Program-made: the position numbers and the translations under genes | NCBI GenBank assembly: GCA_963806855.1 | Contig: CAWDYW010000001.1 | Span: forward strand, 1,248,001-1,312,000 | Direction of reading: 5' to 3' | DNA: 64,000 bases | From: an uncultured Verrucomicrobiae bacterium | Lineage (GTDB): Bacteria; Chlamydiota; Chlamydiia; Chlamydiales; Rhabdochlamydiaceae | Part shown: positions 1-10,331 of the stretch, piece after piece | Position numbering within the stretch: position 1 is the first letter of the stretch | How the letters are laid out: each line of letters starts with the position of its first letter | The notes under the pieces: model-generated | What the model was told of the DNA's origin: nothing | The model's input: the letters and a program-made list of their open reading frames with translations, nothing else | Database searches by the model: none

Positions 1-400
1 GGATTTGAGGAATGTCGCTAATCAGACGCCAAGGGTTCAGCAGATTAACCCGAAAATCATTTCCCATTACGCTGATCACGACATGTTGTGTAATATTTGG
101 ATTTTCTGAGATTTTCTTTTTCAGATCCTTTAAAGGATAAACCGCTTGTCCATTGGGAGCTTTTTCTTTCATGTAAGTCTCAAAGACTGGATCGTCATGA
201 GGAAGCACTCCCCCAATCCATCCCCCACCTAAAACCGTGCGCGTGGTAGCCCCATCGTATGCATGGCTAGTGACGATGTGCCCCTTCTGGCGCAATTGTC
301 CCTCGACACATTTTCGTTTAGCAGAGTCGAGATTGCCCAGTCTAAGCATCCAAAAGAGATTGTCGATTGAGGAATCGCCAAGGGTTTGTATGTCAGCCAT
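1..400 (-). CDS. SGNH/GDSL hydrolase family protein (runs off the window edge)
   Basis: Manually translated from ATG at 400 (GGAGA SD upstream): MADIQTLGDSSIDN...HAYDG...VVISVMGND, matching GDS block I and GxND block III. Absent from the ORF track because it has no stop in the window. Confidence 0.7.
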   Translation of the reverse strand, partial: MADIQTLGDSSIDNLFWMLRLGNLDSAKRKCVEGQLRQKGHIVTSHAYDGATTRTVLGGGWIGGVLPHDDPVFETYMKEKAPNGQAVYPLKDLKKKISENPNITQHVVISVMGNDFRVNLLNPWRLISDIPQI

Positions 401-455
401 ATTCTCTCCAAATTTTGCTAAGAAATTATAGCAAAAGATGAGGAATATAACCTAT

Positions 456-659
456 TTATTTTTTAGTTGGGCAGCTGTTTTTCCCAAAAATCTGATACAA
501 TAGGCACCAGCTAATTGCCGCTTCGAAGACACAAAAAATCCCTGCGACGACAAGAATCCAACTCATCCAGCCTCCCCCTTTCCAATAAGCGAGGATTAGA
601 AGTACAATGCCCAGACCCAGGCGTAGGAATCGATCAAGGGTTCCAATATTTTTTTTCAT
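456..659 (-). CDS. DUF2892 (YgaP-like) small membrane protein
   Basis: MKKNIGTLDRxLR...two TM helices...WCLLYQIFGxNSC pattern. Confidence 0.8.
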   Translation of the reverse strand: MKKNIGTLDRFLRLGLGIVLLILAYWKGGGWMSWILVVAGIFCVFEAAISWCLLYQIFGKNSCPTKK

Positions 660-741
660 TAGCTTTAACCTATTGCCAGCATAATTTTATGTCAACAAAG
701 GATCTTGCATCTTTTGCCCTCCCCCCGCTAAAATTTGCTTT

Positions 742-1500
742 ATGGATAGTATCGTCAAAGGCAAAACGGTTTTTATTTCAGGAGCATCGAGTGGGATTGG
801 AAGGGCTTGTGCTGAGCGATTTGCTAGGCTTGGCTCCAATTTGATACTCACTGCTAGACGACTCGAGCGCTTAGAGACCCTTGCAGAGGAGCTTTCTTCG
901 AAATATGGGATCAAATGCACTCCGGTAGAGCTCGATGTTCAAAACAACGCTCAAGTGGAATCAGTATTCAACGGAATCGAGGTCGACATCCTAGTGAATA
1001 ACGCCGGCTTAGGTTTGACAATGGACAAATTACAAGATGGGCAAATCTCTAATTGGGAAACGATGATCGACACCAATATCAAGGGGCTCCTCTATGTGAC
1101 CAAGGCAGCGCTTCCCTCGATGATTCGGAAGAGCTTTGGCCATATCATCAACATGGGTTCCGTAGCAGGCCGATTTTGCTATACTGGTGGAAATGTCTAT
1201 TGTGCAACCAAACATGCTGTAAAAGCTCTTAGCCAGTCCTTACGCCTCGATTTACAAGGAACGGCCATTCGGGTCAGTGAAATCGCTCCTGGCGCCGTTG
1301 AAACAGAGTTTAGCAATGTCCGTTTCAATGACAAAGAGAAAGCGAAAAAGGTCTACGAAGGCTATGAGCCGCTTGTGGCCGACGATATCGCCGATGCCGT
1401 TATCTACTGTGCCACACGCCCCCTCCACGTCAATGTGGAAGAGATCGTGATCTATCCGCAAGCTCAAGTATTGACGAACTTCACTCGGAAAGAATCTTAG
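742..1500 (+). CDS. SDR family NAD(P)-dependent oxidoreductase (YdfG-like)
   Basis: SGASSGIG, NNAG and YCATK motifs. Confidence 0.9.
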   Translation: MDSIVKGKTVFISGASSGIGRACAERFARLGSNLILTARRLERLETLAEELSSKYGIKCTPVELDVQNNAQVESVFNGIEVDILVNNAGLGLTMDKLQDGQISNWETMIDTNIKGLLYVTKAALPSMIRKSFGHIINMGSVAGRFCYTGGNVYCATKHAVKALSQSLRLDLQGTAIRVSEIAPGAVETEFSNVRFNDKEKAKKVYEGYEPLVADDIADAVIYCATRPLHVNVEEIVIYPQAQVLTNFTRKES

Positions 1501-1540
1501 CTAGTTCAATATTTACAACCGGGGCATAAATCAGGACCGA

Positions 1541-2488
1541 CTAAATAACATTTAGTGTAATGACTGAAACAGCAACTGCCGTCCAGAACAGGGTTGTTGC
1601 AGTCTTTTTTAAACCCTGCCCGTGTGTTTTGGTTGCCGCTTCATTTTTTTGAGGAGAGACCAGATAATTATAAGTCATCTTTGCAACAATAGCAGCTGTG
1701 CCTAGCAAGGCTAGTCCACTTGCCACTTTGTATGGATCAGACGACATCCGTTGCCATAAATCCGAATTTATCCCTTGAATTAACGATCCAGAAATCCCAA
1801 GGTGCGTAATGGGGATCGGCTCTGCCGTTTCATAAGCATGCCGCGCATAGCCAGGATCATCATGAATAAGACACTCAAAAGCTTGATGGAAGCGACCGCT
1901 TAGCAAATACTCCATTTCGCAATTGAAAACATCTTTGGGTAAAAATCTAAACTTCAAGACAGGTGTCAAATAGCCTAATGTCGCCCCAACAATTCCTTGG
2001 ATGAAGCTCCCCTTATTATAAGTTACTGAATAACCGCAAGTCGCCATTCCGGATTGGATTGCATGTTTTTTAGGCAATAATCTTAAAGTATAAAACAGGC
2101 TGTTAAGGAAGGGGTTATCTATGAAGGGATACTGATAGGTCGGATAAGCTGAATCTTTGAAAACGTAAAAATTTCCTTTTGAATTCTGTACATCGTCTAG
2201 ATCCCCATAGGCTGCAGAAGACCCAGTTGAAGCGGATCCATAATTTGGGTCTGCGCCAAAAAGATTAATTCCGATATAGCCAAGAGGGCCTGTTCCATGG
2301 GTTAATGTCTCTAAAACGAGCGTTCGCGCAAGTCCCGCATCAACTAAATTATAAATACTCCAACAGGCTAAAGCAGCCCAAAAAATACGGGAGATTTTTT
2401 TTGTTTGGTTCTCGGTAAAAAGAGGCTTAGATACGACGGAATAGCCTTTTTCCACAAAAGATCTCAGTGGAGTAATTATACATGACAT
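1541..2488 (-). CDS. hypothetical membrane protein
   Basis: 315-aa ORF with N- and C-terminal hydrophobic segments. Confidence 0.7.
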   Translation of the reverse strand: MSCIITPLRSFVEKGYSVVSKPLFTENQTKKISRIFWAALACWSIYNLVDAGLARTLVLETLTHGTGPLGYIGINLFGADPNYGSASTGSSAAYGDLDDVQNSKGNFYVFKDSAYPTYQYPFIDNPFLNSLFYTLRLLPKKHAIQSGMATCGYSVTYNKGSFIQGIVGATLGYLTPVLKFRFLPKDVFNCEMEYLLSGRFHQAFECLIHDDPGYARHAYETAEPIPITHLGISGSLIQGINSDLWQRMSSDPYKVASGLALLGTAAIVAKMTYNYLVSPQKNEAATKTHGQGLKKTATTLFWTAVAVSVITLNVI

Positions 2489-2611
2489 TAAACAACATTC
2501 CTTTTTACAAAATTGTACTATATTTAATCAATTAATGTCAATTAAAATATTATTTATAATGAAAGTGCTCAGGTTTGTGTAGTAATTCAATGAGGTTAGC
2601 TTATAGGAGGA

Positions 2612-2651
2612 AGAAAGGGAATAGCGGCAGTCGGACTTGAACCAACGACCC
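2612..2651 (-). repeat. duplicated 3' end of tRNA-Met (att-like direct repeat)
   Basis: agaaaggga-a-tagcggcagtcggacttgaaccaacgaccc matches 4337-4376 with one mismatch. Confidence 0.85.
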
Positions 2652-2948
2652 CATGGATATGTAATCCGCTGTATGTAAAGTTGAAATGGCCGTTTTTAGT
2701 AGCGCATGAGAGGCATTTAAGCTAGGTATTTTTCTAAATGTCAGAGTGTGTGTCAGGAATCAAGAGAAAACTTGTTAATAGTGCCAAGGAAAAACCATGA
2801 AGTATTTAGTGAGTATCTGCATAGAAATCACTTGATAGAGACGCATAATTCATTTTCGAAACGTGACATGCGGTTCATAATTTTGAGGGTTAGCAAGGCA
2901 AGGTTGCAGTGATAATTGTAATTGAATAAAGAAGGGCTTTCAATTTTT

Positions 2949-3410
2949 TCATAAGGTATTCTCAGCAGTCAACATATGCTCTCTCAAATGTCCTTCTATA
3001 GAAAATCCTATTTTTTGATAGAGTGTTATGCCACGTTGGTTGATAGCGCGAGTAGTTAAATAAACTCGGTGCAATCTAAGCTGGTCAAATGCTACATCTA
3101 ACATCAATTCCATTCCTATACGCCCAATTCCTTGCCCTCGATATTCAGGTGCAATAAGAATCCCTATTTCAGCTCTCCCATGTTCATGCTCAATTTTAGA
3201 AAGATGCACCCATCCTAGAGGCTGAGACTGGCTATTCTTTATCGCCAATAAATGATCACCTGATTTTCTCTTTTTTTCTACAAATATTTCCGTTTCTTCA
3301 AGACTGTAAAAAAGGCGACCAATCATTGCGATGGACTCCAAATCATTCAGCCATTGATGAAGATAAGGAAGATCGCTTTTCTCAAAAGCACGAAGGCAAA
3401 CATCTTTCAT
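2949..3410 (-). CDS. GNAT N-acetyltransferase, RimJ/RimL-like (C-terminus possibly truncated)
   Basis: AEIGILIAPEYRGQGIG, LRLHRVYL and LYQKIGFSIEG motifs. Confidence 0.85.
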   Translation of the reverse strand: MKDVCLRAFEKSDLPYLHQWLNDLESIAMIGRLFYSLEETEIFVEKKRKSGDHLLAIKNSQSQPLGWVHLSKIEHEHGRAEIGILIAPEYRGQGIGRIGMELMLDVAFDQLRLHRVYLTTRAINQRGITLYQKIGFSIEGHLREHMLTAENTL

Positions 3411-4108
3411 TAATTAAACACATCATTTGTAGTATTTTTAAAATTGATAAATTTTAATTGTTGTAAAAGCTCGTCACAATTTTTTGCAATAGGTATACCA
3501 TAGGCATAAATTTTTTCTTGATACCAACTATAGTGTGTGTGACTACCACCCAAAAAACCAACTACATTCATACGTGCTGCGACAGCCGCTTCAATTCCTG
3601 TGGAACTATCTTCAATTACAATGCAATCTTCCGGATTAAATCCCATTTGATTTGCAGCAAATAGAAATAAATCAGGAGCTGGTTTTCCTTTTGGAACTTG
3701 TTGAGATGTGAAAATTGATTGATTTGTAAAATATAAAAGCTGATTAGTCAATTCAAGACTTCTAGTAATACGACTTATTGAACTACTTGAGGCTATACAC
3801 CGGCGAATATTCATTTTTTCGATTGTTTCTAATACCGGTTTAGCTAAAGAAATTAATTCTGTTTCAAATGCTTTTAAAACGAGTGTTTGTTGTAAGGCAA
3901 AGTAATCTGATGGAATCTCAATACCTGAATCGTTCAGAATAATTTGACGAACAGAATTTGCATTCAATCCTGCAAATTTCATGATACAATCTTCTGCCGT
4001 TATCGAATATCCTAAAGAAGTCAAGGTTTCGGAAACAATTCTATTGGATATTATTTCACTATCAACCAACACGCCATCGCAATCAAAAATCACCAATTTG
4101 TGCCTCAT
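3410..4108 (-). CDS. HAD-IA family hydrolase
   Basis: DCDGVLVDS, KPAPDLF and IEDS motifs. Confidence 0.9.
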   Translation of the reverse strand: MRHKLVIFDCDGVLVDSEIISNRIVSETLTSLGYSITAEDCIMKFAGLNANSVRQIILNDSGIEIPSDYFALQQTLVLKAFETELISLAKPVLETIEKMNIRRCIASSSSISRITRSLELTNQLLYFTNQSIFTSQQVPKGKPAPDLFLFAANQMGFNPEDCIVIEDSSTGIEAAVAARMNVVGFLGGSHTHYSWYQEKIYAYGIPIAKNCDELLQQLKFINFKNTTNDVFN

Positions 4109-4346
4109 ACTCTTTCCTTAACCTACAGGGTGTGCTTGGCGCCGAATGTCTGCACAGTCTCCTGTGTGAGCAAGGTGATCGACAGCCATGTCTGGATATT
4201 TTGGATCCACGCATTCTTCTTGTAGTTAGTAGCAGTTAAGGTTGTTCTATGATCCCATTCTATCGGATGGTTTGTATTATTAATTTGTGGAAAATGCATG
4301 TTTGTCTCACTCTGTTTTTTAAAATAATTTAGAAGCAGAAAGGGAC

Positions 4347-4420
4347 TAGCGGCAGTCGGACTTGAACCAACGACCCACGGATTATGATTCCGTTGCTCTA
4401 ACCAACTGAGCTATGCCGCC
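4347..4420 (-). tRNA. tRNA-Met(CAT), probably elongator (Ile2 not excluded)
   Basis: GGCGGCATAGCTCAG...ACGGA-ATCATAA-TCCGT...GTTCAAGTC...TGCCGCTA cloverleaf. Confidence 0.9.
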
Positions 4421-4443
4421 GCGGGGACGATGATAAAAAAAAA

Positions 4444-4516
4444 TAGCGGGGAAAGGATTCGAACCTCTGACCTTTGGGTTATGAGCCCAACGAGCTAACC
4501 ACTGCTCCACCCCGCG
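4444..4516 (-). tRNA. tRNA-fMet(CAT), initiator
   Basis: CGCGGGG 5' end with unpaired C1; GGG/CCC anticodon stem; CAT anticodon. Confidence 0.93.
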
Positions 4517-4537
4517 TCAATATTGATGTAAACAATA

Positions 4538-5713
4538 TCAGACTGAAAGATTTAGCTCAAGCATCTTCCACGATTTGTCTAAGACCAGCGTTCCTTCTCC
4601 TGAGAGTTTGTGAGCATTTGGAGCTAGAGCTGCGATTTGTTCAAGCGCCTCGGGCAGTTTTTCGGCGGGGGTTTGGATGCCAGCTTTTGCCCCTAGAATG
4701 AGCTCGACGAGCTCTTTTTGTTTTTCCATGTAGGGGCCAAAAATCACCGGGATATTGGCTTGGATCGGCTCAAAAATGTTGTGCCCGCCGACGCCAGGGA
4801 TGAAGCTTCCCCCAAGGATCGCCAGCTCGCTGATCTGGTAGCAAGCGGTCAGGACGCCCATCTGGTCGACAACAATGATTTGGGGATTATCAAGCTCTTG
4901 AACAAATTTCTTCACTTTTGCAAAGCGCTCAGGATGGCGCGGGACAACTAAAATTTTTGCTGAGGTAGGGAGGTTCGCCAAGAGGAGCGCCTCTTCATTT
5001 TCATGTGTGGATCCGAGGGTGATGACTCGATCGGTTGCACTGAGTCCAAGTTTTTCTCGCCAGGCGCTCTTTTCGTCGGCGGTTAGTTTCTTTGTGGGGA
5101 TGGCGAGTTTGAGGTTGCCGGTAATGGTGAGCGGCGCCGAGGGACAGAGAGAGGCAAAGCGGGCCGCATATTCGGGGCTTTGGATGCACAGATGGTCGAA
5201 GGATCCAAACAATCGTTTGGAAAAACCGGGGAATTTAGCAAAGCGGGCGGCTGATTTTTCCGAGATTTTCCCATTGAGAAGGAGCACTTTGCCCCCTCCC
5301 CTTTTTACCGCTCGGATCTGATTCATCCAAAAATCGCTTTCAGAGAGGATCAGCAACTGCGGTTTGATCCTTTTGACTAGCCGCCTCATCGCCCAGGAAA
5401 AATCCAGCGGCAGGAGAAAGTAGCCGTCGGCGTTCGGCAGGCTCTTCTTGGCCTCGGTCTGTCCAGTCGAAGTCGTATTGGACAGGTAGATGGCTGCATC
5501 GGGGTGTTGCTCTCGTAGCCGCTTGTAGATGGGCACCATGATTTTGGTCTCCCCCATCGAAACCATGTGGATCCAAATAGCCGACGGTTTTGAATGTGGC
5601 GGTGGAAGCTTAAATCCAAATCGCTCTCGGATAGTCCCTCGGTACTTTTTCTGGGTTAACCATTTGGGAAGTGCAAGCAAGCTTCCGAGCAGCAAGATCA
5701 GGTTATAGAGCAT
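4538..5713 (-). CDS. waaA: Kdo transferase
   Basis: IWIHMVSMGE, LPLD, VPRHPERF and GGHNIFEP motifs; adjacent to leuS as in chlamydiae. Confidence 0.95.
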   Translation of the reverse strand: MLYNLILLLGSLLALPKWLTQKKYRGTIRERFGFKLPPPHSKPSAIWIHMVSMGETKIMVPIYKRLREQHPDAAIYLSNTTSTGQTEAKKSLPNADGYFLLPLDFSWAMRRLVKRIKPQLLILSESDFWMNQIRAVKRGGGKVLLLNGKISEKSAARFAKFPGFSKRLFGSFDHLCIQSPEYAARFASLCPSAPLTITGNLKLAIPTKKLTADEKSAWREKLGLSATDRVITLGSTHENEEALLLANLPTSAKILVVPRHPERFAKVKKFVQELDNPQIIVVDQMGVLTACYQISELAILGGSFIPGVGGHNIFEPIQANIPVIFGPYMEKQKELVELILGAKAGIQTPAEKLPEALEQIAALAPNAHKLSGEGTLVLDKSWKMLELNLSV

Positions 5714-8208
5714 TAGTTCTTGACCACCACATTGAGGAGTTTATTGGGGACGAAGATCACCTTTTGGATCTCCCCTTCCATATACTTGGCCAAACGCGCA
5801 TCGGCCAGAGCCAATTTGAGGATCTCATCTTGGGTCTTGTCGATCGGAAGATCCCACTTGCCGCGCAGTTTCCCATTGATCTGGAAAACATAGGTCGCAG
5901 TCTGGTCGATCAAGTAGTCTGGATTGACTTTTGGGTATTGAACGTAGGTCATGCTGCCTGTCCCTCCTAAATGCTCCCAAAGCTCTTCTGCAAGATGCGG
6001 CGCGAAGGGATAAAGGGCTTGGATGGCCATTTTGAGAATGCTCTTTGGATATTGGGGCAATTGGGTAAAGTGATTGATGAATTCCATCATTTTGGCGATC
6101 GCGGTGTTGAACTGGAGATTCTCAATGTCTTTTTCTACGTCATCGATGAGTCGGTGGCCAAGTTTAAGCGCCTCTTCGCTTTCCTCATCGGTCACTTTTT
6201 CTGAGTAGACCATGTCGTAAAAGCGGTTCAAGAAGCGGCGGCAGCCATGGACGGCATCGCTATTCCATAATTTCTCTTTTTCAAATGGTGCCATGAACAT
6301 CTCATAGAGACGGAGCGCATCTGCCCCGTACTCTTCGATCATTTCATCGGGCGTCACCCCATTGAGTTTTGATTTGGACATCTTTTCGATTTGCGATTCG
6401 AGGACAGTTCCAGTGCCGAGCTGACGATAGACTCCGTCCTCTTCTTCGACCTCCTCAGGCGCTACGTAGCCCCCGCGCGGCAATTTGTAGGCCCGCGCCG
6501 TGACGAGGCCCTGATTGCGCAAGGTTTGGAATGGCTCTGACGTCGAGACAAGACCGGAGTCGAAGAGCACTTTGTGCCAGAAACGGGCATATAAGAGGTG
6601 CAACACAGCGTGTTCTACTCCCCCAACGTACATGTCGACCGGGAGCCAATATTTCTCTTTTTCAGGATCCCAAGCGGCCAGGTCATTGTGAGGATCGCAG
6701 AAACGGAGGTAGTACCAGCACGAGCCGGCCCACTGGGGCATCGTATTGGTTTCCCGCTCTGCTTTTTTCCCTGTTTTGGGGTCGGTGATATGGACCCATT
6801 CGGGGACCCGCACGAGGGGGCTCTCTCCTGATTCTGTCGGTTTGAAATCGATTAACTCGGGAGGGCAGAGAGGCAATTCGCTGATATCGAGAATCCTCTT
6901 TGTTCCATCTTGGAAGTGGAGGATCGGGAAGGGCTCGCCCCAGTACCGTTGGCGCGAGAAGAGCCAATCGCGAAGCTTGTAGGAGATCGTCCGCTCGCCG
7001 TGCCCTGTTTTTTCGAGCCATTCGACCATCTTCTCTTGAGCTTCAGTGAAAGGGAGGCCATTGAGGTTAAGGCTCTCATTTTGGCTATTAATGAGTATTT
7101 GACACCCTTCTTCTGAAGCGGGGTCAATGATAGGTTGGATTTTCAATCTATACTTTTGGGTAAATTCGAAGTCCCGTTCATCATTGCTCGGTACTCCCAT
7201 AACAGCCCCGGTTCCATAGTGCATTAACACGTAGTCGGCGATCCAAATGGGGATCAATTCATCTGTGGCAGGGTTGATTGCATAGGCCCCGGTCCAGACC
7301 CCCGTTTTTTCCTTCGCGAGTTCTGTCCGCGCCATATCGCTCTTGAGAGCTGTTTGTCTCTTATAATCTTCGACTTCGGCCCGCTGCTCTTGGGTCGTAA
7401 TCTCCTCAATGAGGGGGTGCTCGGGGGCGATGACGATAAAGGTCGCTCCGAAGAGGGTGTCATGGCGGGTGGTGAAAACGGTGATAATGTTGCCTGTCCG
7501 CTGCTCTTTAAAATGGACCTTGGCCCCTTCGCTGCGGCCGATCCAGTTGGTTTGGAGCCGCTTGAGGTAGTCGGGCCAATCAAGAAGGTCGAGGTCTGTA
7601 AGAAGCCGCTCGGCATAGGCTGTAATGCGGAGAACCCACTGGCGCAAGGGGCGCCGTTCTACCGGGTATCCCCCCTCTTTGGAGAAGCCGTTTTCGACTT
7701 CTTCATTGGCGAGTACGGTGCCGAGGGCTGGGCAATAGTTGACGAGCAGCTCTGCCTCATAGGCCAGTCCCTTTTCATAGAGCTTCGTGAAAATCCATTG
7801 GGTCCACTTGTAGTATTGGGGCTCGCTGGTGGCGATTTCGCGGCTCCAATCGTAGCTAAAACCGAGGGATTTGAGCTGACGTCTATAGGTGGCGATGTTC
7901 TTTTGCGTGGTGACGGCTGGATGGGTGCCGGTGCGGATGGCATATTGCTCTGCTGGAAGGCCAAAACTATCCCAGCCCATTGGGTGAAGGACATTGAATC
8001 CCTTCTGCCGCTTATAGCGAGCTAAAACATCGGTCGAGGTATAGCCTGTCACGTGACCGACATGAAGCCCTGATCCAGAAGGATAGGGGAACATATCGAG
8101 GACATAGTATTTCGGCTTATTGTAGTCGACTTCTGCCTTAAAAATTTGTCTACTTTCCCAAATTTCTTGCCATTTTTGCTCTATTCGCTGATGATCGTAC
8201 TTTTCCAT
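5713..8208 (-). CDS. leuS: leucine--tRNA ligase
   Basis: MFPYPSG, HVGH and KMSKS motifs. Confidence 0.98.
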   Translation of the reverse strand: MEKYDHQRIEQKWQEIWESRQIFKAEVDYNKPKYYVLDMFPYPSGSGLHVGHVTGYTSTDVLARYKRQKGFNVLHPMGWDSFGLPAEQYAIRTGTHPAVTTQKNIATYRRQLKSLGFSYDWSREIATSEPQYYKWTQWIFTKLYEKGLAYEAELLVNYCPALGTVLANEEVENGFSKEGGYPVERRPLRQWVLRITAYAERLLTDLDLLDWPDYLKRLQTNWIGRSEGAKVHFKEQRTGNIITVFTTRHDTLFGATFIVIAPEHPLIEEITTQEQRAEVEDYKRQTALKSDMARTELAKEKTGVWTGAYAINPATDELIPIWIADYVLMHYGTGAVMGVPSNDERDFEFTQKYRLKIQPIIDPASEEGCQILINSQNESLNLNGLPFTEAQEKMVEWLEKTGHGERTISYKLRDWLFSRQRYWGEPFPILHFQDGTKRILDISELPLCPPELIDFKPTESGESPLVRVPEWVHITDPKTGKKAERETNTMPQWAGSCWYYLRFCDPHNDLAAWDPEKEKYWLPVDMYVGGVEHAVLHLLYARFWHKVLFDSGLVSTSEPFQTLRNQGLVTARAYKLPRGGYVAPEEVEEEDGVYRQLGTGTVLESQIEKMSKSKLNGVTPDEMIEEYGADALRLYEMFMAPFEKEKLWNSDAVHGCRRFLNRFYDMVYSEKVTDEESEEALKLGHRLIDDVEKDIENLQFNTAIAKMMEFINHFTQLPQYPKSILKMAIQALYPFAPHLAEELWEHLGGTGSMTYVQYPKVNPDYLIDQTATYVFQINGKLRGKWDLPIDKTQDEILKLALADARLAKYMEGEIQKVIFVPNKLLNVVVKN

Positions 8209-8265
8209 AAACCCCTTTAATCCTAATTCGTTAAAGTATAGCGAAATCGACAGATATTTTCCATA

Positions 8266-8436
8266 GAACCTATCTCAACAAAAAGTTTCAGCCGATTTTC
8301 CGGTTCTTTTGGCCAATTTTCGATTCAAATTCGGGGGGGCATATGCGTCAGCTTTATATTACCCCCCCCGAATTTGAATCGAAAATTGGCCAAAATAATC
8401 CAGAAAATCGGCGAAAAATTTTATTGAGATAGGTTC
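8266..8436. repeat. long palindromic MITE-like element (~75-bp arms)
   Basis: GAACCTATCTCAA...GGGGGGG paired with CCCCCCCC...TTGAGATAGGTTC, in the divergent intergenic region. Confidence 0.8.
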
Positions 8437-8501
8437 CGGGGTTGTCAAAAAATCCTTAAACTAATATAGTAGTGAGCAAGCTTTTATTTGAGATAGAAAT
8501 T

Positions 8502-9887
8502 ATGGCAGAAGTCGCAACATTCAAAAAAAATAAGATTGAATTAAAGGAGTATGAGTACTCAAAAGATATCCAGAATCGGATTTTGATGGCTCAATTCACT
8601 GCCCTAGATGTCGAAGTACTCGAGGAAATCCTCTATAGCTCCCTTCGGATCCCCCTTTCCCTCCTAGAGCAAAATCTCAATTTGAGCTCTGCCGAGCTAA
8701 AGGCGTCTCTAGATAAGCTCTCCAAAACAGACCTTTTTCAGGTTGCTGGAGGCTTTGTCATCGTCGATAAAGATCGGCGGAAATACTATGAGATGCAGAT
8801 TCTCAAATTCGAAGAGGATTTCAAGCCAGGCATGGAATACTTGCAGGGGCTTTTGCGCAAAGTGCCCATCCACATTCTTCCCAACTGGTACTCGATCTCT
8901 CGTACTTCCGATAATATCTTCGAATCGATAGTCGAAAAATATCTCCACTCCCCGCAGGCTTTTCAGCGCTATCTGATGGAGCTCCACTTGAGCGATCCAA
9001 AGCAAAAAGGGATCATGAACTCCGTCTACCAGTCTCCCGACTATGAAGTTGAAGCGAGCGACATGATCAAGAAATTCGATCTAACTCAAGAAGAGTTTGA
9101 GGAGCATATGCTCTATCTCGAGTTCAGTTTCGTCTGCTGCATCCGCTACAAGAGAAAAGGGGATCGTTTTGTCGAGATGATCACCCCATTCTACGAGTGG
9201 CAAGAGTATCTCTGTCATGTACGGGACACAGAACCTACACCGATTATCGATGAAGAGACGATTAAGCGACTCAAAAAATCAGACTATGGCGTCATCGAAG
9301 AGATGGCTGCGATCCTCGAGCTCGCCCAAAAAGGGCCAATCACTCGTTCGGTAATCCCCACCATCCAGAAAAAACTTCCCGACTTTGAGACGAGCGATTT
9401 CGAGCGGCACGTCCACAAACTCTGTCAATTGAATTTGGCCGAGCGCAGCGGTGACAAAGTCAACTGCACTAGCGATACTCTCGATTGGCTTAAGATGAAA
9501 AACAATGACCGAGCTGTCTACATCTATCGCCATCCGCTTAATTGCCTTGTGTACCCCTCCTTACCACAAGAGCTAAACTCGCAACGGCTCGTTCGAGATG
9601 CAGAGAAAAGTGTTGAGCGTGTCGTCGGCGCCGGCTGGGTCTTCATGGATGACTTTCTGAAAGGGGTCTTTATCCCCCTCAATGATAGCCACTACATCAC
9701 TCTGAAAAAAGTGGGCCGCAACTGGAAATACCAACTCCCCGAATACACCGATACCGAACAAGACTTTTTCCAAGCTGTGATTAGCCGATCGCTCTTCGAA
9801 TCTGGAATCACTGCTCTAGGGACAAAAGATGGGCGCGAATGTTTCTGCTTGACCCCCTTTGGGCACACGATATTCGGCAATGAGTAA
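8502..9887 (+). CDS. hypothetical protein (probably Chlamydiae-conserved)
   Basis: Long ORF overlapping the smpB start; ATG at 8502 preferred over GTG at 8472. Confidence 0.75.
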   Translation: MAEVATFKKNKIELKEYEYSKDIQNRILMAQFTALDVEVLEEILYSSLRIPLSLLEQNLNLSSAELKASLDKLSKTDLFQVAGGFVIVDKDRRKYYEMQILKFEEDFKPGMEYLQGLLRKVPIHILPNWYSISRTSDNIFESIVEKYLHSPQAFQRYLMELHLSDPKQKGIMNSVYQSPDYEVEASDMIKKFDLTQEEFEEHMLYLEFSFVCCIRYKRKGDRFVEMITPFYEWQEYLCHVRDTEPTPIIDEETIKRLKKSDYGVIEEMAAILELAQKGPITRSVIPTIQKKLPDFETSDFERHVHKLCQLNLAERSGDKVNCTSDTLDWLKMKNNDRAVYIYRHPLNCLVYPSLPQELNSQRLVRDAEKSVERVVGAGWVFMDDFLKGVFIPLNDSHYITLKKVGRNWKYQLPEYTDTEQDFFQAVISRSLFESGITALGTKDGRECFCLTPFGHTIFGNE

Positions 9888-10323
9888 CGACCTAGTCTCC
9901 AATCGCAAGGCTTTCCACAACTATGAAATCATAGAGACCTATGAAGCGGGAATGATTTTGATGGGATCGGAGGTCAAATCGCTCAAGGCCCACAACGGCA
10001 ACATTCAGGATGCCTACGTGATCATCTCCGGCCGAGACGTGATCCTCAAAAATAGTTCCATCGCACCCTATGCCCAAGCGGCGATGTTTGGCCACGAAGA
10101 AAGGCGCGACCGTAAGCTCCTCCTGCATAAGCGTGAGATCGATAAGTTGATCAAAGCGAGCCAGGACAAAGGAATCACGATCATTCCCCTCGCCATCTAC
10201 TTAAGCAAGGGTTTCATCAAAGTGAAAATCGGAACTGCCCGTGGCAAGAAAGCCTATGACAAGCGAGCCGCCATCAAAGAGCGCGAAGACAAAAGATCGA
10301 TCGACAGAGCTTTAAAAGAATAA
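9880..10323 (+). CDS. smpB: SsrA-binding protein
   Basis: NRKAFHNY, GSEVKS, RKLLLHKREI and GKKAYDKR motifs. Confidence 0.97.
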   Translation: MSNDLVSNRKAFHNYEIIETYEAGMILMGSEVKSLKAHNGNIQDAYVIISGRDVILKNSSIAPYAQAAMFGHEERRDRKLLLHKREIDKLIKASQDKGITIIPLAIYLSKGFIKVKIGTARGKKAYDKRAAIKEREDKRSIDRALKE

Positions 10324-10331
10324 CCTTTCCC

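Larger units (their letters stand above)
2612..4376. mobile_element. remnant genomic island integrated at tRNA-Met
   Basis: Bounded by tRNA 3'-end direct repeats; AT-rich cargo; no integrase present. Confidence 0.7.

Noticed and set aside
229..431. Two short ORFs given in the track
   Set aside because: A different minus-strand frame (1-400) carries GDSL motifs and an SD.
4474..4701. ORFs overlapping tRNAs (also 16345-16751, 19561-19774, and the 19654 start)
   Set aside because: These are shadow frames of tRNA genes.
7354..8025. Long antisense ORFs within leuS, dnaN and the opp genes
   Set aside because: They lie opposite or out of frame to well-supported genes and have no recognisable motifs.
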